Shown piece by piece: positions 22,113 to 33,231 of a stretch of DNA of 64,000 bases. The DNA is taken from contig CAWCKJ010000002.1 in assembly GCA_963796105.1 (NCBI GenBank), positions 64,001 through 128,000 of the forward strand, read 5' to 3'. A program made the position numbers and the translations under genes. Position 1 is the stretch's first letter, and every line of letters begins with the position of its first letter. Source of the DNA: a candidate division FCPU426 bacterium. GTDB taxonomy: Bacteria; Oederibacteriota; Muellerivitia; Muellerivitales; Muellerivitaceae. Below the pieces are notes generated by a model. It was not told the DNA's origin and made no database searches. It worked only from the letters and a program-made list of their open reading frames with translations.

Positions 22113-22724
22113 TCAGGCGGGATCCTTGGCTTTTAAATAGCGCTCCAGCGATTTATAACTTATTTTCATGAGGGCCGCGACCTGCTTCTTGGTAAATTGA
22201 TTCTCGGCCATCAACCGCTCCAGGAAATACTTCGTGAATTTTTTCTCTGCCTGGAAAAGCGTTTGTTTCTGGTAATAGGCCTTCTCGATCAACGCGTTAT
22301 CGGCCGAAGTGGGGGTGTGATGCGCGGATTTTTTGGGGGTCGAATCAGCCAGGGATTCCCTGATCTTTTTCTCCAGGACCGCCTGGTCCTGGCCCGCGAA
22401 AAGAACGTCCCTGAACCCGGATTTAACCGCGGACACGACATCCCCCAGGTCCTGGGCGGGAAACAAGGCGAGCCTTTCAGCCTTGGATTGGAAATCATCT
22501 ATCTCGGAAAACAAGAATAACGCCCAGTCCTTATCTTTGTTGAACTTCCAGTCCAGGAGCAGGAGATCGTAATTCTGGCGGGTTAAAGTTTGAATGGCTG
22601 ATTCAGCTGTCTCCGCGGCGGTAGTGTCGCCGATCCGGGAGCAGATTACCTCCAGGGTCGAGCGGAAAACCGCGTCCCCTTCGAAAATGAAAATTTTAAT
22701 TTTTTCCGGGACCATTTCCACCAT
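22113..22724 (-). CDS. Atypical response regulator (receiver plus Fis-like HTH), paralog of 4936-5547
   Basis: Same length (203 aa); shared YD.LL.DW, RxALF, KSGF.DVL, LERYL. Confidence 0.75.
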   Translation of the reverse strand: MVEMVPEKIKIFIFEGDAVFRSTLEVICSRIGDTTAAETAESAIQTLTRQNYDLLLLDWKFNKDKDWALFLFSEIDDFQSKAERLALFPAQDLGDVVSAVKSGFRDVLFAGQDQAVLEKKIRESLADSTPKKSAHHTPTSADNALIEKAYYQKQTLFQAEKKFTKYFLERLMAENQFTKKQVAALMKISYKSLERYLKAKDPA

Positions 22725-23176
22725 TCTAAAAAATCGATAAACCTAGTTTACATCCAAGAAAGTCCTTTTTAATGCACCCCCCGGAAATGGTTTTGTGCAA
22801 TTTCAAGGATAGGATCAATGACCCGGCAAAAAGAAGTATCAATGGTCGCGTGAACCTATACAGTGGTTTAATTCGGTCATTGCCATCTACTTTTTCCCTA
22901 TATGGGTAAATAAGGTCAGAAATTTTGCATTTTTATTTTTTTTATTTCTATATGTGTTAATACCCAATATTTTGAGGGATAATCAACGGGTATATAGCGG
23001 ATGAGAAACGGGTTAATGCGTTAACTTTAGTATTTTAATTTTAAACCGTATCCAAGCGCCTGGTCATAAACAACAGTTTATCCTGGAAAATAGGGATACA
23101 CGCGACGTATCGGATAGGGCGGCTGAATGATTGGGTTTATCGCTTAAACGCGGATATTCAATCGGAGGCAGGGTGT

Positions 23177-26100
23177 ATGACCATTGAAGCCAGGGCCAAA
23201 TTTATCGCCGAAATTGTGTTCGCGGCTGTGATAGCCATAATCCTGTTCGGCGGAATTTGGTTTTACGTGGTGCAGGAAAGCTACCTGAAGCGGATGGTCG
23301 AGGATGATCTTTCGAACATTTGCCGTTTGAAGATGGAAGGGATCACCGCTTGGAGGGGGGAACGCCTGGGGGATGGCGCGGTGCTCCGGGAAAGCCCTGG
23401 CGTGAACAGGGATTTGCCAGGCGCTTTGGCCCATCATCCCCAGGCCATCCGGAATATCCACGCGCGGTTCCGCTCCCTGGCGGCCCACTATGGTTATGAC
23501 AACATTTACCTCGTTAATTCCTCCGGCGGCATCCTCATCAACCTGAACGGCTGGAAGGCCGAAAGCCCCGAATCCCTTTCCTCCGAGATGGCCCCCGCTT
23601 TCGAATCCGGAAAACCCGTTTTATCGGATTTGACGGCTTCCGCCCTTGACCCCAAACCCCATAATAGCGTCATCGTTCCATTCACCATTGGCGCCGGGAT
23701 GAGGGCCGCGCAAAAATGCGCCGTCATCATGGTGTATCCGGCGGAAAAATTCCTATATAGCTTGATCCAAACCTGGCCGGTTCACAGCCGGAGCGCCGAG
23801 ACATTCCTTGTCCGCAAGGACGGCGATTCGGTCCTATACCTGAGCCCCCTGCGCTTCAATAAGGACGCCGCGCTCAAATTGCGTATCCCCTTTGCCCAGG
23901 ATGAAGAGCCGGCCGTCAAGGCGGTCAAGGGGTATGAGGGTATTGTCCAGGGGCCCGACTACCGGGGCGTCGAGGTCTTGTCCGCGGTAAAAGCCGTCCC
24001 TGAAACCCCCTGGAAAGTTATCGCGAAAGTGGACGCGTCGGAGGCCTTCTCGGCCTGGCGCGCGATGGCCCTTTTCATCATCATCCTGATTCTGCTTCTC
24101 GTGTTGATTTCGGGAGTGGTCTTTTATATCGCCTGGCAGAGAATCACGCGTGAGTATAAACAAACCCTCAGCCGAACCCAAGACGCTTTGTCAGAAAGCG
24201 TCGATCAGTTTCAAATCGCTTTTATGAATATGGTTACGGGGATGTCCATGGTCGATTTGAGCGGCCGTTGGACCCTAGTCAGCCCAGGCTTGTGCGTCAT
24301 TACGGGTTATTCGGAGACTGAGTTGCTGAAGATGAATTTCTTCGACCTTTCCCTGCCGGAAGGCCTTGAGACGGTCCTCTCGAAATTTCGCAAGCTGGCT
24401 TCGGGAGAAATAGACTTTTTCCGAATGGAAAACCGTTACCGCCACAAGGACGGCCACGTACTCTGGATAGAATTGACCGTCACCCCGATCCTGGCCGCGA
24501 ACGGAAAACCGAAATATTACATTTCCCAGATCTTGAATATCAACGAGAGGAAAATGATCGATGAAATCCTGCGCTCCACCGAGGAGAAATACCGGCAAGT
24601 CGTGGAAAACGTCATGGAGGGGATAAGCGTGATCCAGGACGGGCAGATCAAGTTCGTCAACACCTTCGCCGCCCATTCCATGGGTTATGAGCCAGAGGGG
24701 ATGAAGGACCTGCCCTTCGAAAAGATCATCCACCCAGACGACCGGGCCCAGGTGGCCGAGAACCACAGACGCAGGCTGGCTGGCGGGAAATTCGAGAGTA
24801 ATTACCAGTTCCGGATCGTGACGCTTTTGGGCCAAATCCGGTGGGTCGAGATCAACGCGGTCAAGATAGAATGGGAGGGTCGCCCGGCCACCTTGAATTT
24901 CACCAGCGACGTTACCGAGAAAAGGAAAGCCTTGGCCTCCCAGAGCGAAAACGAGAGGCGCTACCGCGCCCTCTTCGACTCGGCCCTGGACGCCATCTTC
25001 ATCAGCGACCAGGTGAGCCAAATGGTCCTGGACGCCAACCCTGCGGCCTGCCTGCTTTACGGCTATACCAGGGGGGAATTCCTCCGGAAAAAAATGGCCG
25101 AAGTTTCCGCGGAGCCCGCCAAGACCATCCGCGCCATTACGGACAATACCGTCCTGGTTTCGGACCGTCTTCACCGGAAAAAAGACGGGACCATCTTTCC
25201 GGTCGAGGTTTCCTCCACCATCATCAACCTGGGGGGCCGGCTCCTGAGGATCGGCATCATCCGGGACATCACCTCCCGGCGGAAGGCCGAGGAGGATTTA
25301 CGGGACAGCGAGGAAAAGCACAGGATCCTTTTCGAGACCTCTACCGACGCCCTCATGACCCTGGAACCCCCGGATTGGCGATTCTCCCTGGGGAATCCGG
25401 CCTGCCTCAGGCTTTTCCTGGCCAAGGACGCGGCCGAGTTCGAGTCGAAGGGCCCCTGGGACCTTTCCCCGGAGTTCCAGCCGGATGGGCAGCCCTCCGA
25501 CGAGAAGGCGGGGGCGATGATCGAGAAGGCCGTCCGGGAAGGCTCCCATTTCTTCGAGTGGACTCACAGGCGCCTCGACGGGGAGTCGTTCCCGGCGACG
25601 GTTCTCCTGACTAGGTTCGAGCGCGGCGGCAAGCTTCTGCTCCAGGCGACGGTGAGGGACATTACGTTCCAGAAGAAGGCGGAAACCTACAGGGAAATGG
25701 GCAGGGAAATCATCCAAATCATGAACCAGCCTGGGGACCTGAGAGAGGTCCTCCAGAGGGTGGCGGCCCATTTGAGGGAAAGGACCGGCTTCGACGCCGT
25801 GGGAATCCGCTTGCGGGAAGGGCAGGATTTTCCCTATGCCGCACATCTGGGTTTCTCCAAGAATTTCCTTTTGACCGAGAATTCCCTGACCAGGGCCGGG
25901 AAGGACGGCCTGGCTTGCCGGGACCAGGATGGAAACGTCCTGCTGGAATGCACCTGCGGTTTGGTCCTGCGGGGAAAAGCGGATCCTTCCAATCCCCTTT
26001 TCACGAAAGGCGGAAGCTTTTGGACGAATGAATCGCGCCCCCTCCTGAACATCCCGCCGGAGGAGGAACTGCGCCTTTACCCGCGGAATAAATGCGTCCA

Positions 26101-28825
26101 CCTGGGTTACGATTCCCTCGCCCTGGTTCCCATCCGCGATAAGGAAAAAATCATTGGACTGGCGCAGTTCAACGACCCCCGGTCCGGGTGTTTCTCCCTT
26201 GAGATTGTTGAGATGCTGGAGGGGATCGCTTCCATCCTCGGGGAGGCCATCACCCGAATCCGGGCGGAGGAGGAGCTGAGGTTCCAGAATCTCCTGCTTT
26301 CCACCGAGCACGAGGCTTCCTTGGACGGCATCCTGGTGGTGGGGGAAAAAGGAAAAATCCTTTCCTTTAATAAAAAATTCATCCAAATGTGGAGGATTCC
26401 TTCCAGTGTCATCGCCACGAAATCGGATGAGAAGAACCTGGAGTACGTGATTGGCCAATTGGCGGAGCCGGAGTCGTTCATGTTGAAGGTCCAATACCTC
26501 TACCAGCACAGGTATGAGACCAGTTTCGACGAGGTCGCCCTGAAAGACGGCAGGGTCTTCGACCGCTATTCCTCCCCCATGATCGGGCCGGATGGAATTT
26601 ACCGGGGAAGGATCTGGTATTTCCGGGACATGACGGAGCAGAAAAAAGCCCAGCAAACCCGGGAAAGGCTGAATTTGATCCTGAAAAGCGCCCCGGAAGC
26701 CATCACGGGAAGCGATCTTCAGGGTGTTTTTACCGATTGGAACAAGGGGGCTGAGATTCTCTACGGCTACAAGGCCTCGGAGGTCCTGGGGAAACCCGTG
26801 TTGCTTTTAGCGCCGGAGGGTATGGAAAAGCAATTCCTTGGGTTGAGGGAAAAAACCTTGAATGGCGAAACCGTTCTAAACCACGAGACGAAGCGCCGCA
26901 GGAAAGATGGAAGTCTGGTAGAGGTGTCACAGACTCTTTTCCCGATGAGGGACAACCAGAACCGGATCATCGGGGTGACCGCGGTGGCCAGGGATATCAC
27001 TGAACTCAAAAATGCTGAAAATGTGCTCAAGGAGAGTGAGATCCGGTTCCGGACCCTCATTGAGAAGGCGCCGATCGCCATGAGCCTTTCCCGCGACGGC
27101 GTCAGTTTGTACGGCAACCAGAAGCTCCGCGAGATTGTGGGCTTGAACAGTCCCAAGGAGACGGTTGGAACCAAGATTGGGGAATATTTCGCGCCGGAAT
27201 ACCGGGAGGCGAGCCAGGAGCGTACCAAGCGGCGCGTCAAGAGTCTTCCGGTTCCCGAGGAGTTTGAGTCGGTCTTTTTGCGCGGGGATGGCTCCTCATT
27301 TCCCGTCCGGATTTCGGTGAAGGAAGTCCAGCTTCCGGATGGACCGGCCCACATGGCCTTCATAACCGACCTCACCGAGCAAAAGCAATCCGAGAAATTG
27401 CTTGTCGCCAAGGGGGCCTCCGACGCCGCCAACCAGGCCAAGAGCGTGTTCCTGGCCAGCATGTCCCACGAGATCCGTACCCCCATGAACGCCATCCTGG
27501 GTTTCGCCCAGCTCCTGGCGAGGGACCCGGACCTCACCGCCCGGCAGGCCAGGCAGTTGGACAACATCGACCGGGCCGGGAACCACCTGCTTTCCCTCAT
27601 CAACGACGTCCTGGAAATGTCGAAGATCGAGGCCGGCCGGATCACGCTTCATCCCAACCATTTCGGATTGGATGCCTTCCTGGGCGACCTGGAGGTCATG
27701 TTCCGTCTTCGCGCCGCCGAGAGGGGGCTGGATTTCATGATCGAGAAGAGCGGGGATTTGCCCAAGTATGTATGCGCGGACGAGGCCAAACTCCGCCAGG
27801 CCCTGATCAACCTGCTGGGGAATTCCCTGAAGTTCACTGAAAAGGGAAGCGTCCGGCTGAGGGCCAGGTCCGAGCGGTCGAAATCAAACGACCTTCGCCT
27901 CGTTATGGAGGTTTCCGATACGGGTCCTGGGATTTCTCGGGAGGAAATGGAATGCCTTTTCGACCCCTTCGAGCAGGGCAAGGCCGGCCAATTGGCCGGT
28001 ACAGGCACGGGTCTGGGCTTGACCATCAGCCGCCGTTTGGCGCGCCTCATGGGGGGCGACCTCACGGCCGAGAGCCAAATAGGAAAGGGAAGCACCTTCA
28101 GGCTGGAAGTCCAGGTCGAGGAGGGTTCCCCCGAGAAAGTGGCCTCCCCGCTCGAGGGGCGCAAGGTGAGGGCCCTGGCCCAGGGACAGCCCCATTACCG
28201 CGTTCTGGTAGTGGACGATCGGGAGGATAACCGCGCGGTCCTGAGCGGAATCCTTTCCCCCCTCGGGTTCGAGATCCAGGAGGCCTCCGACGGCAGGGAA
28301 ACCATCGAGAAGAACCTCGAGTGGAATCCCCAGCTCATCCTGCTGGACATGAACATGCCGGTGATGGACGGCTACGCGGCCCTCCGGCTCCTGAGGGAAA
28401 AGGGCTCGGCGGTCCCCGTCATCGGGATCTCGGCCAGCGCCTTCGAGGAAAACCGCAGGGCGGTCCTGGCGGCGGGAGCGGATGATTTCATCGGAAAACC
28501 CCTTCGGGAGGAGGACCTGCTCGAGAAGATCAAGTACGTCCTGGGGGCCCAATACGAGTATGGGGAAAAATCCCCCCTCCTATCCCCTTCCGCCCCCCCA
28601 CTGGATGAAAAGGCCTTGTCCTCGGCCCTGGCGGAGCTTCCGAGAAAATGGCTGGAGCAATTGGCCGAGGCCGCCTCCAAGGCGCGCCTGGACCGTTTGA
28701 TTCTTCTCATCGGACAGGTGGAACAACAATCGCCCGAGGCGGCGCGTCAGCTCCGCCAGCTGGCGGACGGTTTTAGGTACGCGGACTTGATCCGGTTGCT
28801 TCCCAAGGGGGTCCTGAAATCGTGA
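23177..28825 (+). CDS. Giant hybrid sensor kinase (Cache-like, multiple PAS, GAF, HisKA, HATPase, REC)
   Basis: 1882 aa; two TM, PDYRGVEVLSA, repeated RxDG PAC motifs, SHEIRTP, GTGLGL, LLDMNMP. Confidence 0.92.
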   Translation: MTIEARAKFIAEIVFAAVIAIILFGGIWFYVVQESYLKRMVEDDLSNICRLKMEGITAWRGERLGDGAVLRESPGVNRDLPGALAHHPQAIRNIHARFRSLAAHYGYDNIYLVNSSGGILINLNGWKAESPESLSSEMAPAFESGKPVLSDLTASALDPKPHNSVIVPFTIGAGMRAAQKCAVIMVYPAEKFLYSLIQTWPVHSRSAETFLVRKDGDSVLYLSPLRFNKDAALKLRIPFAQDEEPAVKAVKGYEGIVQGPDYRGVEVLSAVKAVPETPWKVIAKVDASEAFSAWRAMALFIIILILLLVLISGVVFYIAWQRITREYKQTLSRTQDALSESVDQFQIAFMNMVTGMSMVDLSGRWTLVSPGLCVITGYSETELLKMNFFDLSLPEGLETVLSKFRKLASGEIDFFRMENRYRHKDGHVLWIELTVTPILAANGKPKYYISQILNINERKMIDEILRSTEEKYRQVVENVMEGISVIQDGQIKFVNTFAAHSMGYEPEGMKDLPFEKIIHPDDRAQVAENHRRRLAGGKFESNYQFRIVTLLGQIRWVEINAVKIEWEGRPATLNFTSDVTEKRKALASQSENERRYRALFDSALDAIFISDQVSQMVLDANPAACLLYGYTRGEFLRKKMAEVSAEPAKTIRAITDNTVLVSDRLHRKKDGTIFPVEVSSTIINLGGRLLRIGIIRDITSRRKAEEDLRDSEEKHRILFETSTDALMTLEPPDWRFSLGNPACLRLFLAKDAAEFESKGPWDLSPEFQPDGQPSDEKAGAMIEKAVREGSHFFEWTHRRLDGESFPATVLLTRFERGGKLLLQATVRDITFQKKAETYREMGREIIQIMNQPGDLREVLQRVAAHLRERTGFDAVGIRLREGQDFPYAAHLGFSKNFLLTENSLTRAGKDGLACRDQDGNVLLECTCGLVLRGKADPSNPLFTKGGSFWTNESRPLLNIPPEEELRLYPRNKCVHLGYDSLALVPIRDKEKIIGLAQFNDPRSGCFSLEIVEMLEGIASILGEAITRIRAEEELRFQNLLLSTEHEASLDGILVVGEKGKILSFNKKFIQMWRIPSSVIATKSDEKNLEYVIGQLAEPESFMLKVQYLYQHRYETSFDEVALKDGRVFDRYSSPMIGPDGIYRGRIWYFRDMTEQKKAQQTRERLNLILKSAPEAITGSDLQGVFTDWNKGAEILYGYKASEVLGKPVLLLAPEGMEKQFLGLREKTLNGETVLNHETKRRRKDGSLVEVSQTLFPMRDNQNRIIGVTAVARDITELKNAENVLKESEIRFRTLIEKAPIAMSLSRDGVSLYGNQKLREIVGLNSPKETVGTKIGEYFAPEYREASQERTKRRVKSLPVPEEFESVFLRGDGSSFPVRISVKEVQLPDGPAHMAFITDLTEQKQSEKLLVAKGASDAANQAKSVFLASMSHEIRTPMNAILGFAQLLARDPDLTARQARQLDNIDRAGNHLLSLINDVLEMSKIEAGRITLHPNHFGLDAFLGDLEVMFRLRAAERGLDFMIEKSGDLPKYVCADEAKLRQALINLLGNSLKFTEKGSVRLRARSERSKSNDLRLVMEVSDTGPGISREEMECLFDPFEQGKAGQLAGTGTGLGLTISRRLARLMGGDLTAESQIGKGSTFRLEVQVEEGSPEKVASPLEGRKVRALAQGQPHYRVLVVDDREDNRAVLSGILSPLGFEIQEASDGRETIEKNLEWNPQLILLDMNMPVMDGYAALRLLREKGSAVPVIGISASAFEENRRAVLAAGADDFIGKPLREEDLLEKIKYVLGAQYEYGEKSPLLSPSAPPLDEKALSSALAELPRKWLEQLAEAASKARLDRLILLIGQVEQQSPEAARQLRQLADGFRYADLIRLLPKGVLKS

Positions 28826-29100
28826 ATCAAATCTGGCGGGATTGGAAATATTTTTTGATAAAAAAATCGAATTTGGCAATTTTGCGGGACACATTTTGTC
28901 TCCACCTCTGAAAGAGGGACATTTCGGTTTGTGGGTAACATAGGGGGTTTTCCCTATGAGCGCCTTTGGAATAAGGGGGAGTTAGTCTTTTCTTGCCTCT
29001 TTGTCAAAGGCTAATACCCCTATCCCCCTTTTTCAAAGGGGGGAGTTGATGTATGCGACTCGTCTTTAAAGATTCGCAAAAGACGAGTAAGGAGATTATT

Positions 29101-30252
29101 TTGAACGAAAAAAAAGAAGTTGTTCCCAATATCTTGATCGTGGACGACCTCCCGGCGAACCTGGAGGTCCTGGCTGGCATGCTGAAAAAGCGCGGCTTCG
29201 AGGTGAGGCCGGTCTTGAGCGGTTCCCAGGCCCTGCAGGCGGCGAAAAGCGACCCGCCGGACCTGGTTTTATTGGACATCAACATGCCGGAAATGGACGG
29301 TTTCGAGGTCTGCGAGAGGCTCAAGGCCGAGCCGAAGCTTTCCGAAATCCCCGTGATCTTCATCAGCGCCTACACCGAGACCGTGGATAAGCTGAAGGCC
29401 TTTCAGGCGGGGGGCGTGGACTTTGTGACCAAGCCCTTCCAGATCGAGGAGGTCCGCGCCAGGGTGGATGTCCACCTCAAGATCCGGAGCCTCCAGAGGG
29501 ACCTGCGATCCAGCAACGAGAGGCTCTCCGCGAGCCTGGCGAGACTGCGCGAGCTGGAGTCCCTCCGCGACAGCCTCGTGCACATGATGGTGCACGACCT
29601 CAAGGCGCCCCTGACGGCCATTGGCAGCGGCCTCCAGATGCTCCAGGCCAAGGCCGGGGACAGCCTGCCGATCAACCTGGTGAAAAGCGTCCATCTTGCC
29701 GAGAGCTCGGTCAAGGCGATGATGAGGATGGTCAATTCCATCCTGGGTATCAACAAGCTGGAGGAGGGAAAGCCCGAGTTGAACCTGGCGGTGACGGACC
29801 TGGGGGCTTTGGCCAGGGAGGCCTTGGGAAGCATGGAATTCTTCCGTGGGGGGAACAGGGTCATCGTCAAATCCACCCCCGCGGGGCTGACGGCACCCCT
29901 GGACGCGGAAATGATCACCAGAGTGATCCAGAACCTTTTGGACAACGCCTATAAATTCTCCCCGCCGGACACCTCCATCCATATCGCCATCCGGCAAGGG
30001 GACGGCGGGGTGGAGCTGTCTGTCTCGGATTCAGGCCCCGGCATCCCCGGGAAGTTCCACAAGAAGATCTTCGATAAATTCACCCAGGTTGAGCCTGGCG
30101 GAGGCGGGCCCATCGGCTCCACCGGACTGGGGCTGGCTTACTGCAAACTGGCCGTCGAGGCCCACGGCGGAAGGATCTGGGTGGAGAACAGGAAGGAAAA
30201 GGGAAGCGTCTTCAAGTTTGTCCTGCCAGCAAGCGCTCAAACTGAAAAATAA
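29101..30252 (+). CDS. Response regulator-histidine kinase hybrid
   Basis: ILIVDD, LLDINMP, VHDLKAP, STGLGL; TTG start after AAGGAG (alternative 29053). Confidence 0.9.
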   Translation: MNEKKEVVPNILIVDDLPANLEVLAGMLKKRGFEVRPVLSGSQALQAAKSDPPDLVLLDINMPEMDGFEVCERLKAEPKLSEIPVIFISAYTETVDKLKAFQAGGVDFVTKPFQIEEVRARVDVHLKIRSLQRDLRSSNERLSASLARLRELESLRDSLVHMMVHDLKAPLTAIGSGLQMLQAKAGDSLPINLVKSVHLAESSVKAMMRMVNSILGINKLEEGKPELNLAVTDLGALAREALGSMEFFRGGNRVIVKSTPAGLTAPLDAEMITRVIQNLLDNAYKFSPPDTSIHIAIRQGDGGVELSVSDSGPGIPGKFHKKIFDKFTQVEPGGGGPIGSTGLGLAYCKLAVEAHGGRIWVENRKEKGSVFKFVLPASAQTEK

Positions 30253-30490
30253 ATTTTGAATTTTGAATTCTTAATTATGAATTGCGGTTAGATTTCCCCG
30301 ACTCGGAAATCCTCAAATTGTTTTAGCCTTTTTCTTTTAGAAAATCCTCGTCCCCCTCAATGCAAGGCAATTTTGAATTTTGAATTCTTAATTATGAATT
30401 GCGGGTTGTTTTATCTAGTTCGGAAATCTACAACAATTTAATTTTTTAAATTAAGAGTTTTGTTTTATTAAATCCCATGCATCCCATGCA

Positions 30491-30564
30491 TGCCGACCTT
30501 CCTATAAGTAATTAAGGAGGTCGGTATCGTACCAATCTTCGTATAGCTTTATGGAAAATTGGCA
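30491..30564 (-). repeat. ~75-bp double-hairpin unit, flanked by CA/CA
   Basis: Closely similar to 21923-21997; removal restores atcccatgcatccgtggc. Confidence 0.9.
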
Positions 30565-30691
30565 CATCCGTGGCTAAAACTTGCTTTTGATGTTTTTAAG
30601 CTGTGCCCAATTTAAGCTGTTGCTACTGCTTTAAGGGTTCAATTCAAAATTTAGAACATGCTCTGAGCCTAGTCGAAGGGTTTAAAATTGC

Positions 30692-31078
30692 TTATTTCGT
30701 CTTCGGCCTTTTCTCCAGTATCTCCCTGATCTTCGCCTTCAGCCCCGCCATGGCGACCGGTTTCGCGAAGAACCCCAGGATGTTGAACCCCTTCAGGTGG
30801 AAATCGTCCTCAAGCCCCTTGAACGCCGAGACCACGATGATGGGGAGGTCCGGGAAATCGGCCCTGACCCTCGGCACCATCTCGAAGGCGTGCATGTCCG
30901 GCATCTTCACGTCGGTCATGAGAAGGTCCACCTTCTGGTCCTCGAGGGTCCCCAGCACCTGCAGGCCGTTCTCGGCCGTGAGGACCTTGTAGCCCTCCTC
31001 GGAGAGCTCCTCCAGGTAAAGGAATAGTGAGGCTTTTTCGTCCTCCGCCACCAAAATCGTATAGTCGCTAGGATTCAT
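30692..31078 (-). CDS. Single-domain response regulator
   Basis: VAEDE, MTDVKMP, AKP. Confidence 0.9.
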   Translation of the reverse strand: MNPSDYTILVAEDEKASLFLYLEELSEEGYKVLTAENGLQVLGTLEDQKVDLLMTDVKMPDMHAFEMVPRVRADFPDLPIIVVSAFKGLEDDFHLKGFNILGFFAKPVAMAGLKAKIREILEKRPKTK

Positions 31079-32807
31079 TTTTCGCCCCTTCCTCCAACGG
31101 CAGATAGAAAATAAACTTGCTTCCGGCGCCCACCTGGCTCTCGACCCTCATGAAGCCCCCGTGCGACTCCACGATCTTGTGGCAGATGCTCAGGCCCAGG
31201 CCCGTTCCCGTCGTCTTGGTGGTGAAAAACGGCGTGAAGAGCTTGTGCAGGTTTTCCTTGGTGATTCCGCATCCCGTGTCCTGGACGCAGACGGAGACCA
31301 TCTTTTGCTGGAGGAAGACCTGCTGGAGGAGCGATTGGTCCGGGTTCGTCAACTGCTCCGCGGGAAGCATGCCCTCCTCGACCCTGGCCCCCACCGTGAG
31401 GGTGCCCCCCTCCTCCATCGAGTGGATGGCGTTGAACATCAGGTTCAGGAGTACCTGCTTGATCTTGTCCTTGTCCATCGGTATGAGGGGCAGGTGGTCG
31501 TCTATTTCCTTGACGATCCGGACGTTGGAGGCCTCGGCCTTCTCGGCCACGAAGACCAGGCTGTCCTCCAGGGCCGCGTGGAAGTCCACGAGCTCCGTGG
31601 AGGATTTCTGGTAGCGGCTGTATTCCAGCACGTCGCTGATGGTGGCGGCCATGCGGTTGACTTCCTCGATGATGATCTCGGCGTATTTTTTCTGCTTCGG
31701 GTCCTCCAGCTTGTCCGCGAGGCGCTGGGAGAAGCCCAGGATCGCGTTCAGGGGGTTCTTGATCTCGTGCGCGACGCCCGCCGCCATCTCCCCCAGGGTG
31801 GCCAGGTGCTCGGAGCGCACCAACTGCTGTTCCATCTGCTTGACGAGGGAAATGTCCTTCAGGGTCACGATGACGCCCAGGTTTTCCCCGCCTGGCCCCT
31901 GCAGGGGGGTGGTTTGCAGGGAGAGGGTCACGGGGGTCGATTGGGGCGTCTTCATCTCGACGTTCTCCTGGGAGAAGGGCTTGCCGGTCGTAAGGGTGCG
32001 CCTCATCAGAACGGCGATGGGCTGGAAGCTCTCGGGCAGGTCCGCCAGCCGCACGTCCACCACCTTGTTCTCCTCCAGGCCGGTGATCCGGCAGGCCGCG
32101 GTGTTGAAGGTCCTGACTTTCTCGTCCTGGTGGGCCACGACGATTCCAGTCTGGATGCTGGCCAGCACCAGGTGGTGGTAATCCACCAGGTCCTTCAGGT
32201 GCTTCTGGGAATCCAATAGTTTCCGGATGGCGGTATCGGCCTGGTCGGAGATGGACGCGTTGATTTTACCGTAGCGGTGGGCCAGCTCCTCCCGCTTCCG
32301 GGAGTCCACCGCGAGGTAGCCGCTGAAGGTGGCCACGATCAGGAGGAAGGGAATCTTGAGGATGGTCGTGGTATCGGTCAGCACGAGCTGGCCTGTGATC
32401 CGGTATTGGAGGAAAAGGTAGATGAAGCAGGCGGCTACGCCCACGACGAGGCACTCCTTCAGGTTCCGCACCAGCGCGCAGATGAAGATGGTGAGGAAGT
32501 AGAGGGCCATGAGGTCCCACTCGTGGACGCCGGTCAAGTAAAGCCCGCAGGCCACGAAGAAAGTGTCCAGGAAGAAGATCAGGATCAGGACCAGCTTGAC
32601 CTCCAGCCAGGCCTGGAAAAGGAAGAACATGGCGATGATGGAAAGCAGGAAGAAGGAAAGCAGGATGATGGCGTGGATCTCGTAAGCCTGGGGCGGGGGG
32701 TTGAAGATGAGGAAGAGCGTGATGATGGAAAGGGAAAGCAGGCGCAGCGAAATCAGCACCCGGCGGTGCTCGCTGGCGAGGGCGATGTTCATCTGGTTGT
32801 CTTCCAT
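31068..32807 (-). CDS. Membrane PAS sensor histidine kinase (PilS/NtrB-like)
   Basis: N-terminal TM bundle, PAS, AHEIKNP, PFFTTK, GTGLGL. Confidence 0.92.
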   Translation of the reverse strand: MEDNQMNIALASEHRRVLISLRLLSLSIITLFLIFNPPPQAYEIHAIILLSFFLLSIIAMFFLFQAWLEVKLVLILIFFLDTFFVACGLYLTGVHEWDLMALYFLTIFICALVRNLKECLVVGVAACFIYLFLQYRITGQLVLTDTTTILKIPFLLIVATFSGYLAVDSRKREELAHRYGKINASISDQADTAIRKLLDSQKHLKDLVDYHHLVLASIQTGIVVAHQDEKVRTFNTAACRITGLEENKVVDVRLADLPESFQPIAVLMRRTLTTGKPFSQENVEMKTPQSTPVTLSLQTTPLQGPGGENLGVIVTLKDISLVKQMEQQLVRSEHLATLGEMAAGVAHEIKNPLNAILGFSQRLADKLEDPKQKKYAEIIIEEVNRMAATISDVLEYSRYQKSSTELVDFHAALEDSLVFVAEKAEASNVRIVKEIDDHLPLIPMDKDKIKQVLLNLMFNAIHSMEEGGTLTVGARVEEGMLPAEQLTNPDQSLLQQVFLQQKMVSVCVQDTGCGITKENLHKLFTPFFTTKTTGTGLGLSICHKIVESHGGFMRVESQVGAGSKFIFYLPLEEGAKNES

Positions 32808-32838
32808 GATTCTAGCGCCCCTTTCCGGGCTTTTTCCG

Positions 32839-33231
32839 TCACCCGTTGATTTGGGGGACAGATTGCTTTTGCAGGATTTCCGCGATGCTTTTCCGTAAGT
32901 CTTTCAGGTTGACCGGTTTCTTGAAAAAGGCCCTCACCATGGGCTCGTTGCGCTGGAGGTAGCCCTTGTAGGCTGGATAACCTGAGACCACCACCACCGG
33001 GATGCTGAGTTGGGCGTCGCGAATCCGGGGGATAAAAGCGGTGGCGTCGCCCCCGGGAAGCTTGATGTCCGTCAGGATCAGGTCGATGTGGGTGTCCTCC
33101 AACACCACCAGGGCCTTCAGGGCGTCCGGGCAGGCAATAACTGTATAGCCCGCCTCGGTGAGGTCCTCCTCGAAAAGGAACCTTTGGTTTTTCTCATCTT
33201 CGATCACCAGGATGGTTTTGGGGTCTGACAT
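32839..33231 (-). CDS. Single-domain response regulator
   Basis: VIEDE, LTDIKLP, KKP. Confidence 0.9.
   Translation of the reverse strand: MSDPKTILVIEDEKNQRFLFEEDLTEAGYTVIACPDALKALVVLEDTHIDLILTDIKLPGGDATAFIPRIRDAQLSIPVVVVSGYPAYKGYLQRNEPMVRAFFKKPVNLKDLRKSIAEILQKQSVPQING

Noticed and set aside
24275..28552. Long minus-strand ORFs over the giant kinase
   Set aside because: Typical high-GC antisense shadows without recognisable motifs.
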